From the IMG/VR virus record IMGVR_UViG_3300036945_000346, positions 1-42,533 of that record: a stretch of 42,533 nucleotides of DNA; one strand, written 5' to 3'. The stretch is from a virus. Taxonomy: Duplodnaviria > Caudoviricetes. This document shows positions 5,846 through 16,026 of this stretch, piece after piece (the stretch's first letter is position 1; each line of letters begins with the position of its first letter). Made by a program: the position numbers and the translations under genes. Under the pieces are notes generated by a model. It was given only the letters and a program-made list of their open reading frames with translations, was not told the DNA's origin and ran no database searches.

Positions 5846-8018
5846 CGAGGACGAACTGGTTTTTGCCAGCGATACCCCGAATATCCCTTATCTTTACAAG
5901 GAATACCAGCGTTCTACTCAAAACGGTGGAAACACAGCAAATATCGCTGAAAACGATGACATTCGCCTTGCTAGATGGGCTGGTCAGACGGATGACGGCA
6001 AGAAGCACAGCGAAGACCGCATGAACGGTGACGGGGCTTTCCCGTTTGAAGGTGCGTCTGATGTGCGTTGCAGACTGGTTGACCGCACTATTAACGACCT
6101 TGTGTCGATGATGGTCACTACTTTTGATAGATGCCAGATTAAGGTCAAGGGTACTGAATTTTCTGATTCCGAAAACTCCGCTACCGCTAATGTGCTGATG
6201 TCTTGGCTCCTTGAGTCTCGCATCCGCTCTGAAGTCCGCAAGGAAGCGGAACTCCTCGCCCAGTACGGTACGCAGTACGGTTGGGCTGGACTCCATGTTA
6301 TCTGGGAGCAGGAAATGGGTACAAGATTCCAGAACATCCGTATGGATGACCTCGTTGCTATGGTTCAGCAAGCGGTTCAGCAGAACCCAGAAGCAACCAT
6401 CAAGGACTTGCCTAATGCCATCATGAATCCAGAGCAGGAAGACTATGCTGTGGATTTAATCATGCAGTATCTGAAAACTGTTGAGCCAAAGGCAGTTAAG
6501 AAGGCTGTCCGTGAACTCCGCAAGGATGGAAACGCTAACATCCCCGAAACATTTATTGCAAAGAACCAGCCTCTCATTGTCGCCCTCAAGCCCTATGATG
6601 AAATCTCGTTCCCGCCCGAAACCATTGAGATTCAGAAGGCTAGAGTCGTCTTCCGCAGAACCTATGTGACCGAAGTTGAACTTCGTTCTATGGCTCAGAT
6701 GGAAGGCTGGTCTGACTCGTTTGTTAAGCAAGCAGTCAACTGTGCTGGTATGCAGTCGCAGTTCAACGACCCGAATCTTCTCCCTGCCGCCGCCTTGATT
6801 AACTTTCAAGTCAGCCGACAGGATAACCTCATCGAACTTGTCTATGCCTACTCCCGCCTCATTGACGAAAACAACATCCAAGGAGTCTACCAAACAATCT
6901 TCTGCCCTCAAGCGGGTAGCGAAGACTTTGCCTCGCACGGCTTGCTGGGATATGCACATAACAAATATCCTTTCGTTATCTATCGAAGAGAACGCACTCG
7001 TAGAGCGATTATGGAGTCTAGAGGAGTTCCAGAAATTGCTCAGACCGACCAAGAAGAAATCAAGGCACAGCACGATGCCATCCGTGACCGAACAGCGTTC
7101 ACGACCCTGCCACCTATTCTTGTTAAGAAGCGACTTGGTGGTATAAATAAAATTGCCCCAGGAATTCATCTTCCTGTTACAAGTGCGGATGACTACAAGT
7201 TCATGCCCACTCCCACAGGGGATTCTGTTACTGCGTTCACTCTGATTGACCGTGTTGAAATGAACCACGCTTCGTACTTCGGACTCCCGCATCCGAACAT
7301 CATGCCTCAGAAGACGCAGACCACACAGCAGTTCATCATCAACAACTGGCTGGATGTCTGGAGCGAATCCTTTGCGATGACCTTCAGTCTGATGTTACAG
7401 TATATGCAACCCGATGAAATCGAAGGCATTACTGGTAAGGCTCTTCCTCAGAATATGTCCAGCGTGAGCAATATGTTCGACTTCCAAGTGAAATACGATG
7501 TGCGAGAACTCGACACAAACTTCGTCATCGAGAAACTCAAGGCTATCACGCAGTTCGTCCTTCCTCTGGATGCTGGTGGTGTCATCGACAAGAACAAGTT
7601 GGTCAAGGCGGCTATCGAGGCTATCGACCCAGACAAGGCAAAGGAACTCATCATCAACACAGGCACAGCCTCGCAGTTGCTGTATAAGAACATCCAGTCT
7701 GACCTAGGCTTGATGATGCTTGGTAACGAAGCCCAGTATGTCGAGAACGACCCGTCTGCGGCTTCCAAGATGCAGTACCTGCAAGACATCATGGGCAAGA
7801 ACCCCAAGGCTCAACAGGCTATGCAGTCCGACCCGCACTTCCGTGCTATGCTGGAGAACTATATGAAGAATCTTCAGATGTCCGTCAGCCAGCAACAGAA
7901 CAAGCAGATTGGTCGTACTGGCGTAACCCCTGTCGCAGAACAGGCTGGCAACCAGATGCAACAGCAGATGAAGGCGGCTGAAGAAGCCCAAGCCCAACAG
8001 GAGCAACAAATGCAATGA
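5826..8018 (+). CDS. Portal protein
   Basis: 730 aa after terL; YPF...ESRGVPE...Q pattern and Gln-rich helical C-terminus like P22-type portals. Confidence 0.85.
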   Translation: MKSYKNNEDELVFASDTPNIPYLYKEYQRSTQNGGNTANIAENDDIRLARWAGQTDDGKKHSEDRMNGDGAFPFEGASDVRCRLVDRTINDLVSMMVTTFDRCQIKVKGTEFSDSENSATANVLMSWLLESRIRSEVRKEAELLAQYGTQYGWAGLHVIWEQEMGTRFQNIRMDDLVAMVQQAVQQNPEATIKDLPNAIMNPEQEDYAVDLIMQYLKTVEPKAVKKAVRELRKDGNANIPETFIAKNQPLIVALKPYDEISFPPETIEIQKARVVFRRTYVTEVELRSMAQMEGWSDSFVKQAVNCAGMQSQFNDPNLLPAAALINFQVSRQDNLIELVYAYSRLIDENNIQGVYQTIFCPQAGSEDFASHGLLGYAHNKYPFVIYRRERTRRAIMESRGVPEIAQTDQEEIKAQHDAIRDRTAFTTLPPILVKKRLGGINKIAPGIHLPVTSADDYKFMPTPTGDSVTAFTLIDRVEMNHASYFGLPHPNIMPQKTQTTQQFIINNWLDVWSESFAMTFSLMLQYMQPDEIEGITGKALPQNMSSVSNMFDFQVKYDVRELDTNFVIEKLKAITQFVLPLDAGGVIDKNKLVKAAIEAIDPDKAKELIINTGTASQLLYKNIQSDLGLMMLGNEAQYVENDPSAASKMQYLQDIMGKNPKAQQAMQSDPHFRAMLENYMKNLQMSVSQQQNKQIGRTGVTPVAEQAGNQMQQQMKAAEEAQAQQEQQMQ

Positions 8019-8287
8019 GTTATCCACAACAAATCATCGTAGGCTTCTCCTTTGAAAAACAGAATGAACTCTGGAAAGCCGTCCATCTCCTACTCGATGC
8101 TTCTATTGATTCTGAAGTTGCAAATGCTATCTCTAAAGAAAATAAAGGCGAAGACCGTGCTTGGCATTGTGGCAGAGCCGAAGCCCTTACCGCCTTCAGA
8201 GAAATCTTGATGAACACCCGCAATGATGTTCTCCGTGACCAAGGAAGACCCTCAGAAGACCATTCCCCATCGGAAAACGGTATCTGA
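8015..8287 (+). CDS. Small conserved-position protein after portal
   Basis: ATGA overlap with portal; helical DRAWHCGRAEAL. Confidence 0.7.
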   Translation: MSYPQQIIVGFSFEKQNELWKAVHLLLDASIDSEVANAISKENKGEDRAWHCGRAEALTAFREILMNTRNDVLRDQGRPSEDHSPSENGI

Positions 8288-8388
8288 CATAGTAAGTTCT
8301 TGCTTACAAACAAATTTAGCCGTATCTGGCTGATAGTTCTGGGACTATAACACCCTGCCTACAAATATAGGACTTTAGACCTTATCTA

Positions 8389-9396
8389 ATGAATACAGAC
8401 AATCAAGCCGACCTTAGCACGGCACAAAATAACGCTACGACTCCCGAAGGTACATCCACTCCCTTCGATATCAGTAAACTCGCTGACATAGTTAGCGATT
8501 CGTTCCTAGGTGGTAAGGAATCGAGTGCGGAGTCACCCGCAGACGAAAACGGTGATTCGGAGGCTCAAGCGACCTCTGAGGACGATGTTCATTCACAAGA
8601 AACCGAAACAACTAACGACCAGTTCCAGTCCGAAGACTCCGAGGAAACCGAAGAAACCAAGTCTGAAGATGATGAAATTGAGCGTGGGTTGCCCAAGGGA
8701 GTCAAGAAACGCATTGACAAACTCTCCGCTAAACGCAGAGAGGCTGAAGCAGAAGTAGAAAGATTGAAGGGAGAAGTGGAAAGACTGTCGCAAGAGGCTA
8801 CCAAGCCAGCACAGATTCCTACTGCCGACAATCCGTATGCCAACCTGTCTACGCTTGAGGAAGTCAGCCGTGAGGCAGACCAAGCCAAGCAAATCAGACG
8901 CTGGTGCGAAATGAATCCCGATGGTGCAGTAGTTACGGGAAAAGATGGTTCTGAAACCGAGTATACCGCTGAAGAAGTCCGCAATATCAAGATTAAAGCC
9001 CTTGATGCCCTTGAGGAACACCTTCCGAAGCGAATGCAGTATCTGCAAAACTTCAATCAGATGGAGCAGGTTGCTTCCAAGGAATACCCTTGGTGGAAGG
9101 ACAAGTCAGCAAAGGAAAGACAAATTGCTGAATCCTTTATCAAGCACTTCCCAGAAATCCAGAAATTCCCAGACTATAAGATGGTGGTAGGAGATTACAT
9201 TCAAGGCGTAAAAGCCCGTGAAGCCAAAGGCAAGTCCTCTGGTACTCCAATCAAAGCCCCATCCCAGCCGAGACCTTCAGCCGCCCCTGCTAGAGTTCCT
9301 TCAAAGGACGCTAACAGCCAAGCCGCACAGAAGCGTTTTACTGTTTCTGGTAACCGAGATGACCTATCATCTATAATCGCTAACCGATTCCTGTAA
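8389..9396 (+). CDS. Capsid scaffolding protein
   Basis: Acidic N-terminus, GVKKRIDKLSAKRREAE coiled coil, position before the major capsid gene. Confidence 0.82.
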   Translation: MNTDNQADLSTAQNNATTPEGTSTPFDISKLADIVSDSFLGGKESSAESPADENGDSEAQATSEDDVHSQETETTNDQFQSEDSEETEETKSEDDEIERGLPKGVKKRIDKLSAKRREAEAEVERLKGEVERLSQEATKPAQIPTADNPYANLSTLEEVSREADQAKQIRRWCEMNPDGAVVTGKDGSETEYTAEEVRNIKIKALDALEEHLPKRMQYLQNFNQMEQVASKEYPWWKDKSAKERQIAESFIKHFPEIQKFPDYKMVVGDYIQGVKAREAKGKSSGTPIKAPSQPRPSAAPARVPSKDANSQAAQKRFTVSGNRDDLSSIIANRFL

Positions 9397-9427
9397 TCAC
9401 CCCCCCCCCTAAACCCTATATACCAAT

Positions 9428-10456
9428 ATGGCAAATCTAACAGAACCCTCCTTCTCGTCTGGTAAGAGAGAAGAACTCGCTGACCTCATCGCCCTTGTCG
9501 ATGCCAAGGATACCCCCTTCACCTCTATGGCGAAGAAGGGTAGCAAACCTGGAAATACCCTTTTCAGATGGCAAGCCGACTCTCTGCCTACCCCTAAGCA
9601 GACTGGTACAGTTGACGGTACGGATGTCTCGTCCTATGACAACTATGTCAAGGATGGTGCTACCCAATACCGTGCTGAACTCAGCAACTACATCCAAATC
9701 TTCCGCAGAGCCGTCCGTGTGTCCCCGCTTACGCAGGACATCTCGACAGTCGCTGGTGTGCGTGACGAACTGGCTAACAATGTCGCTAAGGGCATCCAAG
9801 CCTTGAAGCGTGACATGGAAGCCACCTTCTGCTCCAACGGTGGTGCTCAAGCCGACAACGGTACGAACCCCTACCTCACCCGTGGTCTCCACAAGTGGCT
9901 CCAGCCTATCGCTACAAAGGATGCTGTCCTCCCTGTCATCGACCAGTTCTGCACCCCTACGGCTAACCGCTCCACAGTTGGTACAGCCGCCCTCACGGAA
10001 ACGGTTGTCCAGAATGTCCTCACAGGCATCTACTCCCAGACAGGTCAATACAAGGATTATGACGCTCTCGTTGGCACAGCCCTCAAGAGAGCCTTCACAA
10101 ACCTCGTCTTCACGACTGCCTCTTCGGGTAGCACAAACACCCAGACCGCCATCCGCACGCTTAACCGTGAAGCGGACTCCTCTGCTTATGTCGCTTCGGT
10201 TGACATCTTCGAGGGCGATTTCGGTAAGTTACGCCTCCACCCCTCCCACTACCTCAATGCTACCGCTGGCGTTGGTTCGACCTTCACAGGTTACATCATC
10301 CCCTTCGACCAAGTTGAAGTGCGTTATGGTGGCAATGTCGCTGGTGTCACAGCCCTCACCAACAACGGTGGTGGCGAAGCCCGAATGATTGAAGCGGTTG
10401 CTGGACTTTGCGTCTACAACCCCCTCGCCTTCGGTGTCTTTGACTTCACAGCCTAA
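9428..10456 (+). CDS. Major capsid protein (DUF5309/SU10-like)
   Basis: REELADLI...DTPFTS...WQADSL, NYIQIFR, LKRDME motifs; strong codon bias. Confidence 0.9.
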   Translation: MANLTEPSFSSGKREELADLIALVDAKDTPFTSMAKKGSKPGNTLFRWQADSLPTPKQTGTVDGTDVSSYDNYVKDGATQYRAELSNYIQIFRRAVRVSPLTQDISTVAGVRDELANNVAKGIQALKRDMEATFCSNGGAQADNGTNPYLTRGLHKWLQPIATKDAVLPVIDQFCTPTANRSTVGTAALTETVVQNVLTGIYSQTGQYKDYDALVGTALKRAFTNLVFTTASSGSTNTQTAIRTLNREADSSAYVASVDIFEGDFGKLRLHPSHYLNATAGVGSTFTGYIIPFDQVEVRYGGNVAGVTALTNNGGGEARMIEAVAGLCVYNPLAFGVFDFTA

Positions 10457-10464
10457 TAACTGAG

Positions 10465-10827
10465 GTGTCAGACATAATCCAAAGTCTGGCTGATGCAATC
10501 CCCTCCCACCTTAGAAATAGGGTGGAGAGGGAACTCATCAATGGCTGGAGGATGGAGGAAGTCAAGGCAAAGAGCACAGCGAAGCAATCCGCTGTTTTTC
10601 GTCACTCTAACGAGGCTAATAACATCGAAGGAGTTGGACGGTTGAAAGCACAGATTCCTATTCAAGCGTGGCACTACTGGGGTCAGCGTCTTGGGTATGA
10701 GTGCTGGGAAGACAATACATTCCTAAACGAATTCCTACGGGACAACCCAGAAACAGCCGTTACCAATTATGCCAAGCGTACTTGTGTTAACGGTGCAATT
10801 TTCACAGGTGACGGATATCTCACATAA
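10465..10827 (+). CDS. Hypothetical virion-associated protein
   Basis: GTG start right after the capsid gene; coupled to the next gene. Confidence 0.65.
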   Translation: MSDIIQSLADAIPSHLRNRVERELINGWRMEEVKAKSTAKQSAVFRHSNEANNIEGVGRLKAQIPIQAWHYWGQRLGYECWEDNTFLNEFLRDNPETAVTNYAKRTCVNGAIFTGDGYLT

Positions 10828-11594
10828 TGAGAACATCGAACTACTCGCAAATCCTATTTGACGCTCTCCAGTATTCTGGAAACGACAGACACAACATCAC
10901 AAATGAGACATTCTCTCAGTTCCGTGACTTCAGTTCTGCTCGTATTCGTGAGGCTTGGGAATCTAACCAATGGGCAGATATCTGCCGACTGGTTGAGTTC
11001 ACCACGACAACGGATGCAAATGGCGTTACCTCGTTCACGCCCGTTACAGAGGCTGATGAGATTCTTGGTGTGTTCTCTAAGAACCCGCAGGAAACGACAA
11101 AGGCTGTGCAGTTGGCGTATCAGATTTACGACAGCGGTACGGAGCGAAAAGTCATAGTCGGAAACGGTATCAGCGGTGGTTACTATCTTTATCGTAAGGA
11201 CTGCATCGCCCTAGAAGGCGACCTATACAGCCCTACGGTTGTCTACTACCAAGGAGTCCAAGTCTATTTCGACTCTGGCTCTGGTACAGGCTCTTATGTT
11301 CCAGTCTTGGGCAAGCCCCACGCTGGCAATTTCTATACTTGCACCGTGACTTCCACGACTGCTGGTCAAAACCCAAACACACACCCTGCTTCTTGGACAA
11401 AAGTGGAGATTCCTTATATCTTCTCTTCGTTCATGTCTTGGGGTTCTGCCGCCAACTGGTTTGTCTCTGAAGGTCAGATTCAAGAGGCGGCTACCATCGA
11501 AGCCAAGGCTAACCAAGTCCTTGAGCAAGAGTACGACAAGTTCCTGCGTCAACAGGGGCAGTTTGGTAAAATCAACATGACAAACACTTACTAA
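10827..11594 (+). CDS. Head-tail adaptor / tail tubular protein A-like
   Basis: Position; helical N- and C-termini with a beta-rich insert (FYTCTVTSTTAGQNP...W). Confidence 0.6.
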   Translation: MRTSNYSQILFDALQYSGNDRHNITNETFSQFRDFSSARIREAWESNQWADICRLVEFTTTTDANGVTSFTPVTEADEILGVFSKNPQETTKAVQLAYQIYDSGTERKVIVGNGISGGYYLYRKDCIALEGDLYSPTVVYYQGVQVYFDSGSGTGSYVPVLGKPHAGNFYTCTVTSTTAGQNPNTHPASWTKVEIPYIFSSFMSWGSAANWFVSEGQIQEAATIEAKANQVLEQEYDKFLRQQGQFGKINMTNTY

Positions 11595-11598
11595 TACA

Positions 11599-11898
11599 AT
11601 GGCTAACATCTCATTCTCTTCTCCCTTCCTCCGTGGATTTACCCACACCGATGTTACGGTTGGCACATCTGCCTCTACCGCCCTTGCGGTTGCCGTAACC
11701 CCCGAAAGACGGGTAAGCGTTATCATACAGAACCAACACGCTACGGCTCTGCTGACTGTTATTTTTGCCGCTATTGGTACTGCTGGTCTCAAGGTCAAGG
11801 CTGGCGAAAGCATCTCCCTTGACAACTACAACGGCATCGTTCGTTGTGTTTCTGACACCGCCTCTACACCTGTCCATATTGCCTACGCCACCTGCTAA
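11599..11898 (+). CDS. Small beta-rich virion protein
   Basis: RRVSVIIQN...GLKVKAGESISL pattern; T/A/V rich. Confidence 0.6.
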   Translation: MANISFSSPFLRGFTHTDVTVGTSASTALAVAVTPERRVSVIIQNQHATALLTVIFAAIGTAGLKVKAGESISLDNYNGIVRCVSDTASTPVHIAYATC

Positions 11899-12578
11899 TG
11901 GGGGTTGACTTAAATAGGATTGGGTTCGGCATCTCGTCTGGCTCTAGCCGTAACGGGTTCGGAAACATCGTGTCGTTTCCTGCGACTGGTGGCGGTGGTT
12001 GTCCTGCTGATGGTACATTTAATCAATGGATATATGACATTGAGTATCCTATTGCCGAAGGCGGTGCTTCGGTTTATGTAACAGAGGCTTCTGTTGACAA
12101 GCCCACACAAATTGCAGATGTTCAAGAGGTTTCAGACGGAAGTTGCGGATTCTATTATGATTGGAGTTCTGCAACAGGAATTGAGTACAAGGCGTACGGA
12201 ACTGAGTTGTATCTCATTTCAAATACCGAAGCCGTAAATTATTCGATTAACAGTACTGATTATCAAATCGGAACTGCGTCTTATGGTTGCGTTTCAGATG
12301 GTGCTGGTGGTTATGTTACAACCACATACAACGCTCAGTACTACAATTACGGCACATATATCGTCACCCTAAGCGGACAAGACCTTCAACTGGAAGTCCC
12401 GAATGGGTCTATGAACTATGTTGTCGCTGGAACTTGTGACTACAATTATTACTGCGATGGAGCAGGAAGCGTGTACAACACGCAATCAAGTCTTTCTTGG
12501 TTCCCGTTTGGAACTTTCCTTACAAACTACAACGGATATGATTACTATTCCGATAGTGTCGGAGGCTACTACTCTTAA
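11898..12578 (+). CDS. Tyr/Gly/Cys-rich repeat virion or fiber protein
   Basis: Four ~40-aa imperfect repeats ending DGSCGFY, DGAGGY, DGAGSVY and DSVGGYY. Confidence 0.6.
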   Translation: MGVDLNRIGFGISSGSSRNGFGNIVSFPATGGGGCPADGTFNQWIYDIEYPIAEGGASVYVTEASVDKPTQIADVQEVSDGSCGFYYDWSSATGIEYKAYGTELYLISNTEAVNYSINSTDYQIGTASYGCVSDGAGGYVTTTYNAQYYNYGTYIVTLSGQDLQLEVPNGSMNYVVAGTCDYNYYCDGAGSVYNTQSSLSWFPFGTFLTNYNGYDYYSDSVGGYYS

Positions 12579-12583
12579 CATTT

Positions 12584-12769
12584 ATGGCTACTGAACCTAT
12601 CACAATCCCTGTTTCTTGGACTGCCTTCGTTAATGAAAAGTCCTGCCTTGGTTATCGTGAGTTTAAACAGAGTGGCAAGTACTGGGGTACTTTGACGCTC
12701 ATCTCTAAGCCTACCGAGGCTGAACTGAAGGCTGAACTCACCCGTCTCAAAATCTCTTTACCTCAATGA
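12584..12769 (+). CDS. Small hypothetical protein (possible fiber chaperone)
   Basis: 61-aa ORF, good codon usage. Confidence 0.6.
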   Translation: MATEPITIPVSWTAFVNEKSCLGYREFKQSGKYWGTLTLISKPTEAELKAELTRLKISLPQ

Positions 12770-12873
12770 TTACCCTTATCATCGCTACGGTCACCTTCCT
12801 TGGTGGCGTTTATGTCGGCACTCGCTGGTCTGAAAAGATTAAGGCTGTCTACTTCTCTATCATCTCTCAGTAA
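12766..12873 (+). CDS. Small membrane peptide, 35 aa (MITLIIATVTFLGGVYVGTRWSEKIKAVYFSIISQ)
   Basis: Translated by hand; ATGA and TAATG overlaps on both sides. Confidence 0.65.
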   Translation: MITLIIATVTFLGGVYVGTRWSEKIKAVYFSIISQ

Positions 12874-14501
12874 TGCCTAATGAATACCAAAAGGACGGGG
12901 ACATAGGATTTGTCGGGCTTAACAGCCGTGACAACCCTAGTTCTTTACCTGCTGGTATTGTTAGTCAGTCTCAGAATTTTAGATTAGATAGAGGGGTTGC
13001 TACCGTCCGCAAGGGACTGCAACGCAAGACCATTGGTGCTTTAATAAGTCAGACTATCTATGGAGTTGGCACATATATCAACTCAAGCGGTCAGGAAATA
13101 ATCATAGCCGTTGTTACAAACGGACTCTATTCTTATAACCCTCAGTCTGAAACGCTATCTGCTAAGGTAAACTTTCCTGCTGGTGAGACAATCACTACGC
13201 AAGACGGCTGTGATGTTGTTACTGCGGTAGACAATGTTTATATCAGCCGTGGATGGTCTAAGCGTCCGCTTGTGTGGGATTTAAATGTCACCATTACAGC
13301 ACTCCCTGTCAGCCCATCTTCTGGTCACAAATTCCCGAACTGCACGGGTATGCTTTACTACGCTAATCGTATGATTGTGTTAGGAAAGTACCACGCTGAG
13401 ACAAATACGCTCAGAAACTACGATACTATTTCTGTCAGTAACTTCTTAGACTTCCAAGAATGGGATGCCCTCGATGCGTTCACAATTAACAACGGCAGTA
13501 ACGACCAAGTAGTTGGTGTTGCCCCTTGGACTCTCAACGAGTTCTTGGTGTTCATGCGTAACAGCATATTCTACATCAATACAGGTGGAGACAGATATGT
13601 TTCTGGAGACGGTCTTTCTGCTACATCTTACATAAAGACATTAGCCACAGATATAGGTTGTTCTGCCAGAAAGTCTGTCGTACAGGCTGGTGGCGGTGTG
13701 TTTTTCTTGTCAGACAACGGCATCTACTTCCTGCAACCTCAACCAGCGTCTGCTGAGTCTATGAAGTTGCTTACAATGGCTGACCCTATTTCGTCTCCCA
13801 TTGATGATGTTATTCAGAGAATCAACCGCACCTATGCTCATCGTGCCGTTGCTACCTATTGGAATAACAGATACTATCTTGCTGTCCCGCTTGATTCATC
13901 TGTTGATAACAACGCTATTCTTGTTTATAACTTTATTTTAAAACAATGGGAATCGGTTGACATCTATCCTTCTGGCTTTGATGTATTTGATTTCATTGTT
14001 GCTAAGAAAGACAATCAAAGACGGTTGTACGGAGTAGACACAGACCAAGGGTTGTTCTTAATGGAAGAACTAAACTGGGATGAATATCAAAACTGGGCTG
14101 TAGGAGACCCTAACTCTGGTAAACCTACACTTCCATTTTATCTTCCTGCTACATTAGAGGCTTTGTCGTTCCCTGCCAACCCTATCAATTCTATATTAAA
14201 GACACGAAGATATTCGTTTAATAGCATTGGAGACAAACGATTCAGCACCGCTGAGGTCGAACTTGTTGCAGATGCTGGCTCTCAAGTAGTTACTACTGCT
14301 GAAGTCTATAATCCAGATATTGTGTCAGTTATTGATACATTTGGCTCTGAGTTCACAGAAGACTCTGCCAGACGCAATGGTGTAAGAAAAATAGGCACAG
14401 GAATTCAACTTCAATTTACCACTAACAATCTCAGACCTTCTATTCGTTCTGCATATATCTATGCTACGGTTCAGAAGCAAACTAACCAATCTAAACAATA
14501 A
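12873..14501 (+). CDS. Tail tubular protein B / DNA stabilization protein (nozzle)
   Basis: GFVGLNSRDNP N-terminus, IGCSARKSV and FFLSDNGIY beta-propeller motifs. Confidence 0.8.
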   Translation: MPNEYQKDGDIGFVGLNSRDNPSSLPAGIVSQSQNFRLDRGVATVRKGLQRKTIGALISQTIYGVGTYINSSGQEIIIAVVTNGLYSYNPQSETLSAKVNFPAGETITTQDGCDVVTAVDNVYISRGWSKRPLVWDLNVTITALPVSPSSGHKFPNCTGMLYYANRMIVLGKYHAETNTLRNYDTISVSNFLDFQEWDALDAFTINNGSNDQVVGVAPWTLNEFLVFMRNSIFYINTGGDRYVSGDGLSATSYIKTLATDIGCSARKSVVQAGGGVFFLSDNGIYFLQPQPASAESMKLLTMADPISSPIDDVIQRINRTYAHRAVATYWNNRYYLAVPLDSSVDNNAILVYNFILKQWESVDIYPSGFDVFDFIVAKKDNQRRLYGVDTDQGLFLMEELNWDEYQNWAVGDPNSGKPTLPFYLPATLEALSFPANPINSILKTRRYSFNSIGDKRFSTAEVELVADAGSQVVTTAEVYNPDIVSVIDTFGSEFTEDSARRNGVRKIGTGIQLQFTTNNLRPSIRSAYIYATVQKQTNQSKQ

Positions 14502-14503
14502 CA

Positions 14504-15595
14504 ATGGCTCAAATTTCTAAAGGCGATACTTTCACAAACGGGGAACAGGTTACTGGTGCTCGTTTAAACCAACTTGTTGATTCTTCTACGCTTCTTACTG
14601 GTGCTATTACAGAACAAGGTGCTTTAACAGCCGCTACGGTTGCTTCAGATGACTTAGTTCTTATTTCTGACACATCTGCATCGGCTCTAAGAAAAGCCAC
14701 CGTAAACGACATCCTAGGCTCTTCGTTGCCTGTTGTGGCATCTTCGGTCACAGCGACCTCCGTAGTGACCTCTGTGGTCAACGCTGTGGCAAATAGCGAT
14801 ATCTTAATTACACCTAATGATGGTGCTAATGTCACAAGCAAGACATTCTCTTCTGGAGATGGGATTACTGCCACAGTTGCTTCTACGGCTCACGGTCTTG
14901 TTACAGGACAGAATGTAACGATTACTGCCAGCAATTCTGCTTACAGCGGTACATACAAGATTACGGTTACTACAGTAGACGCATTTACATATGTTCTGGT
15001 TCCTACTACCACAGCCGCCAGCGGTACTTGCTCTTATGTCAGAGAAGGTTCTGTTAGAATCAACGGTGAACTCAATGTTTCTGCTGGGTTAAATGTTGCT
15101 GGAGCAACAACCCTTGGTGCTACAAGTGTAACAAGTCTTACAATTGGTGGAAAAACGCCAATGACAACGCAGGACAACCTGTTAAAAGTTTATGTAAAAA
15201 GCGGATTTACAACAGGAATTACTGCTGGCGGTTCAACTGAATCAACAATTTATACCCTTCCTGCCCTTGGGACAATACCTTCAGATGAAACTTGGACATA
15301 TGAATTTTATGTAATGTTGACGGCTGGATATATGTATGACGCAACAAGACCTGTTAGTGATTTGCCAGAACTTTTAATCTATAACGGTTCAACTCTTGTC
15401 ACATCATTTCAAGGTTCAACAGGAGTTTATGGAGAAATATCTTCAACATTTATTCACAGTCTTGTTGGTGTGAGTAGTGCCACTTATTCTTTAAGATATA
15501 AATCTATTGGTGCTTTAAGAGAAGACCCAAGATATCTCATTCGCTTAACAAAAGTTAAAACATCTACCCTGTCTGACGCTTCATCCTGCATATAA
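14504..15595 (+). CDS. Tail fiber/needle protein
   Basis: FTNGEQVTGARLN anchor; TAHGLVTGQNVTI...FTY domain; AT-rich divergent C-terminus. Confidence 0.7.
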   Translation: MAQISKGDTFTNGEQVTGARLNQLVDSSTLLTGAITEQGALTAATVASDDLVLISDTSASALRKATVNDILGSSLPVVASSVTATSVVTSVVNAVANSDILITPNDGANVTSKTFSSGDGITATVASTAHGLVTGQNVTITASNSAYSGTYKITVTTVDAFTYVLVPTTTAASGTCSYVREGSVRINGELNVSAGLNVAGATTLGATSVTSLTIGGKTPMTTQDNLLKVYVKSGFTTGITAGGSTESTIYTLPALGTIPSDETWTYEFYVMLTAGYMYDATRPVSDLPELLIYNGSTLVTSFQGSTGVYGEISSTFIHSLVGVSSATYSLRYKSIGALREDPRYLIRLTKVKTSTLSDASSCI

Positions 15596-16026
15596 TGTTT
15601 CTTTCCGACCTCATCAGTTTTATTAAAGACACTCAAAAAGAGAAGTCTCAAAAGGCTTTTCCTTGGGCTGATACGGAATTAGGTCATTACCTAAGTTGGG
15701 CTTTTAGTAAAAACTGTTTGTTTGTTGAATCAGACGAAAAGGGTATAAACGGGCTTTTGATAGCCTATCCTATTAATTGGGTCTTTACAAACGATATAAA
15801 ATCTCTTCTACCTTCGAATGCTGAGTTCACGCCAGAACAAGAAAACGAAAAGCATCTTTGCATAATGGATGGTATTTTTAACACCAAAGAGGCTCGTAAA
15901 AACATCACTATCAAATTTACCAAAAGATTTCCTAATTGGCAGAATCAGACAAAGTGGGCTGTCAGAAAAGGAAATGTAACTGAACTTAATAACCGATATA
16001 TCCAACTTACAGGAAACATACTTTAA
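15595..16026 (+). CDS. Hypothetical protein, possibly GNAT-like internal virion protein A
   Basis: Position between tail and ejection genes; FVESDEKGINGLLIAYP beta hairpin. Confidence 0.5.
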   Translation: MFLSDLISFIKDTQKEKSQKAFPWADTELGHYLSWAFSKNCLFVESDEKGINGLLIAYPINWVFTNDIKSLLPSNAEFTPEQENEKHLCIMDGIFNTKEARKNITIKFTKRFPNWQNQTKWAVRKGNVTELNNRYIQLTGNIL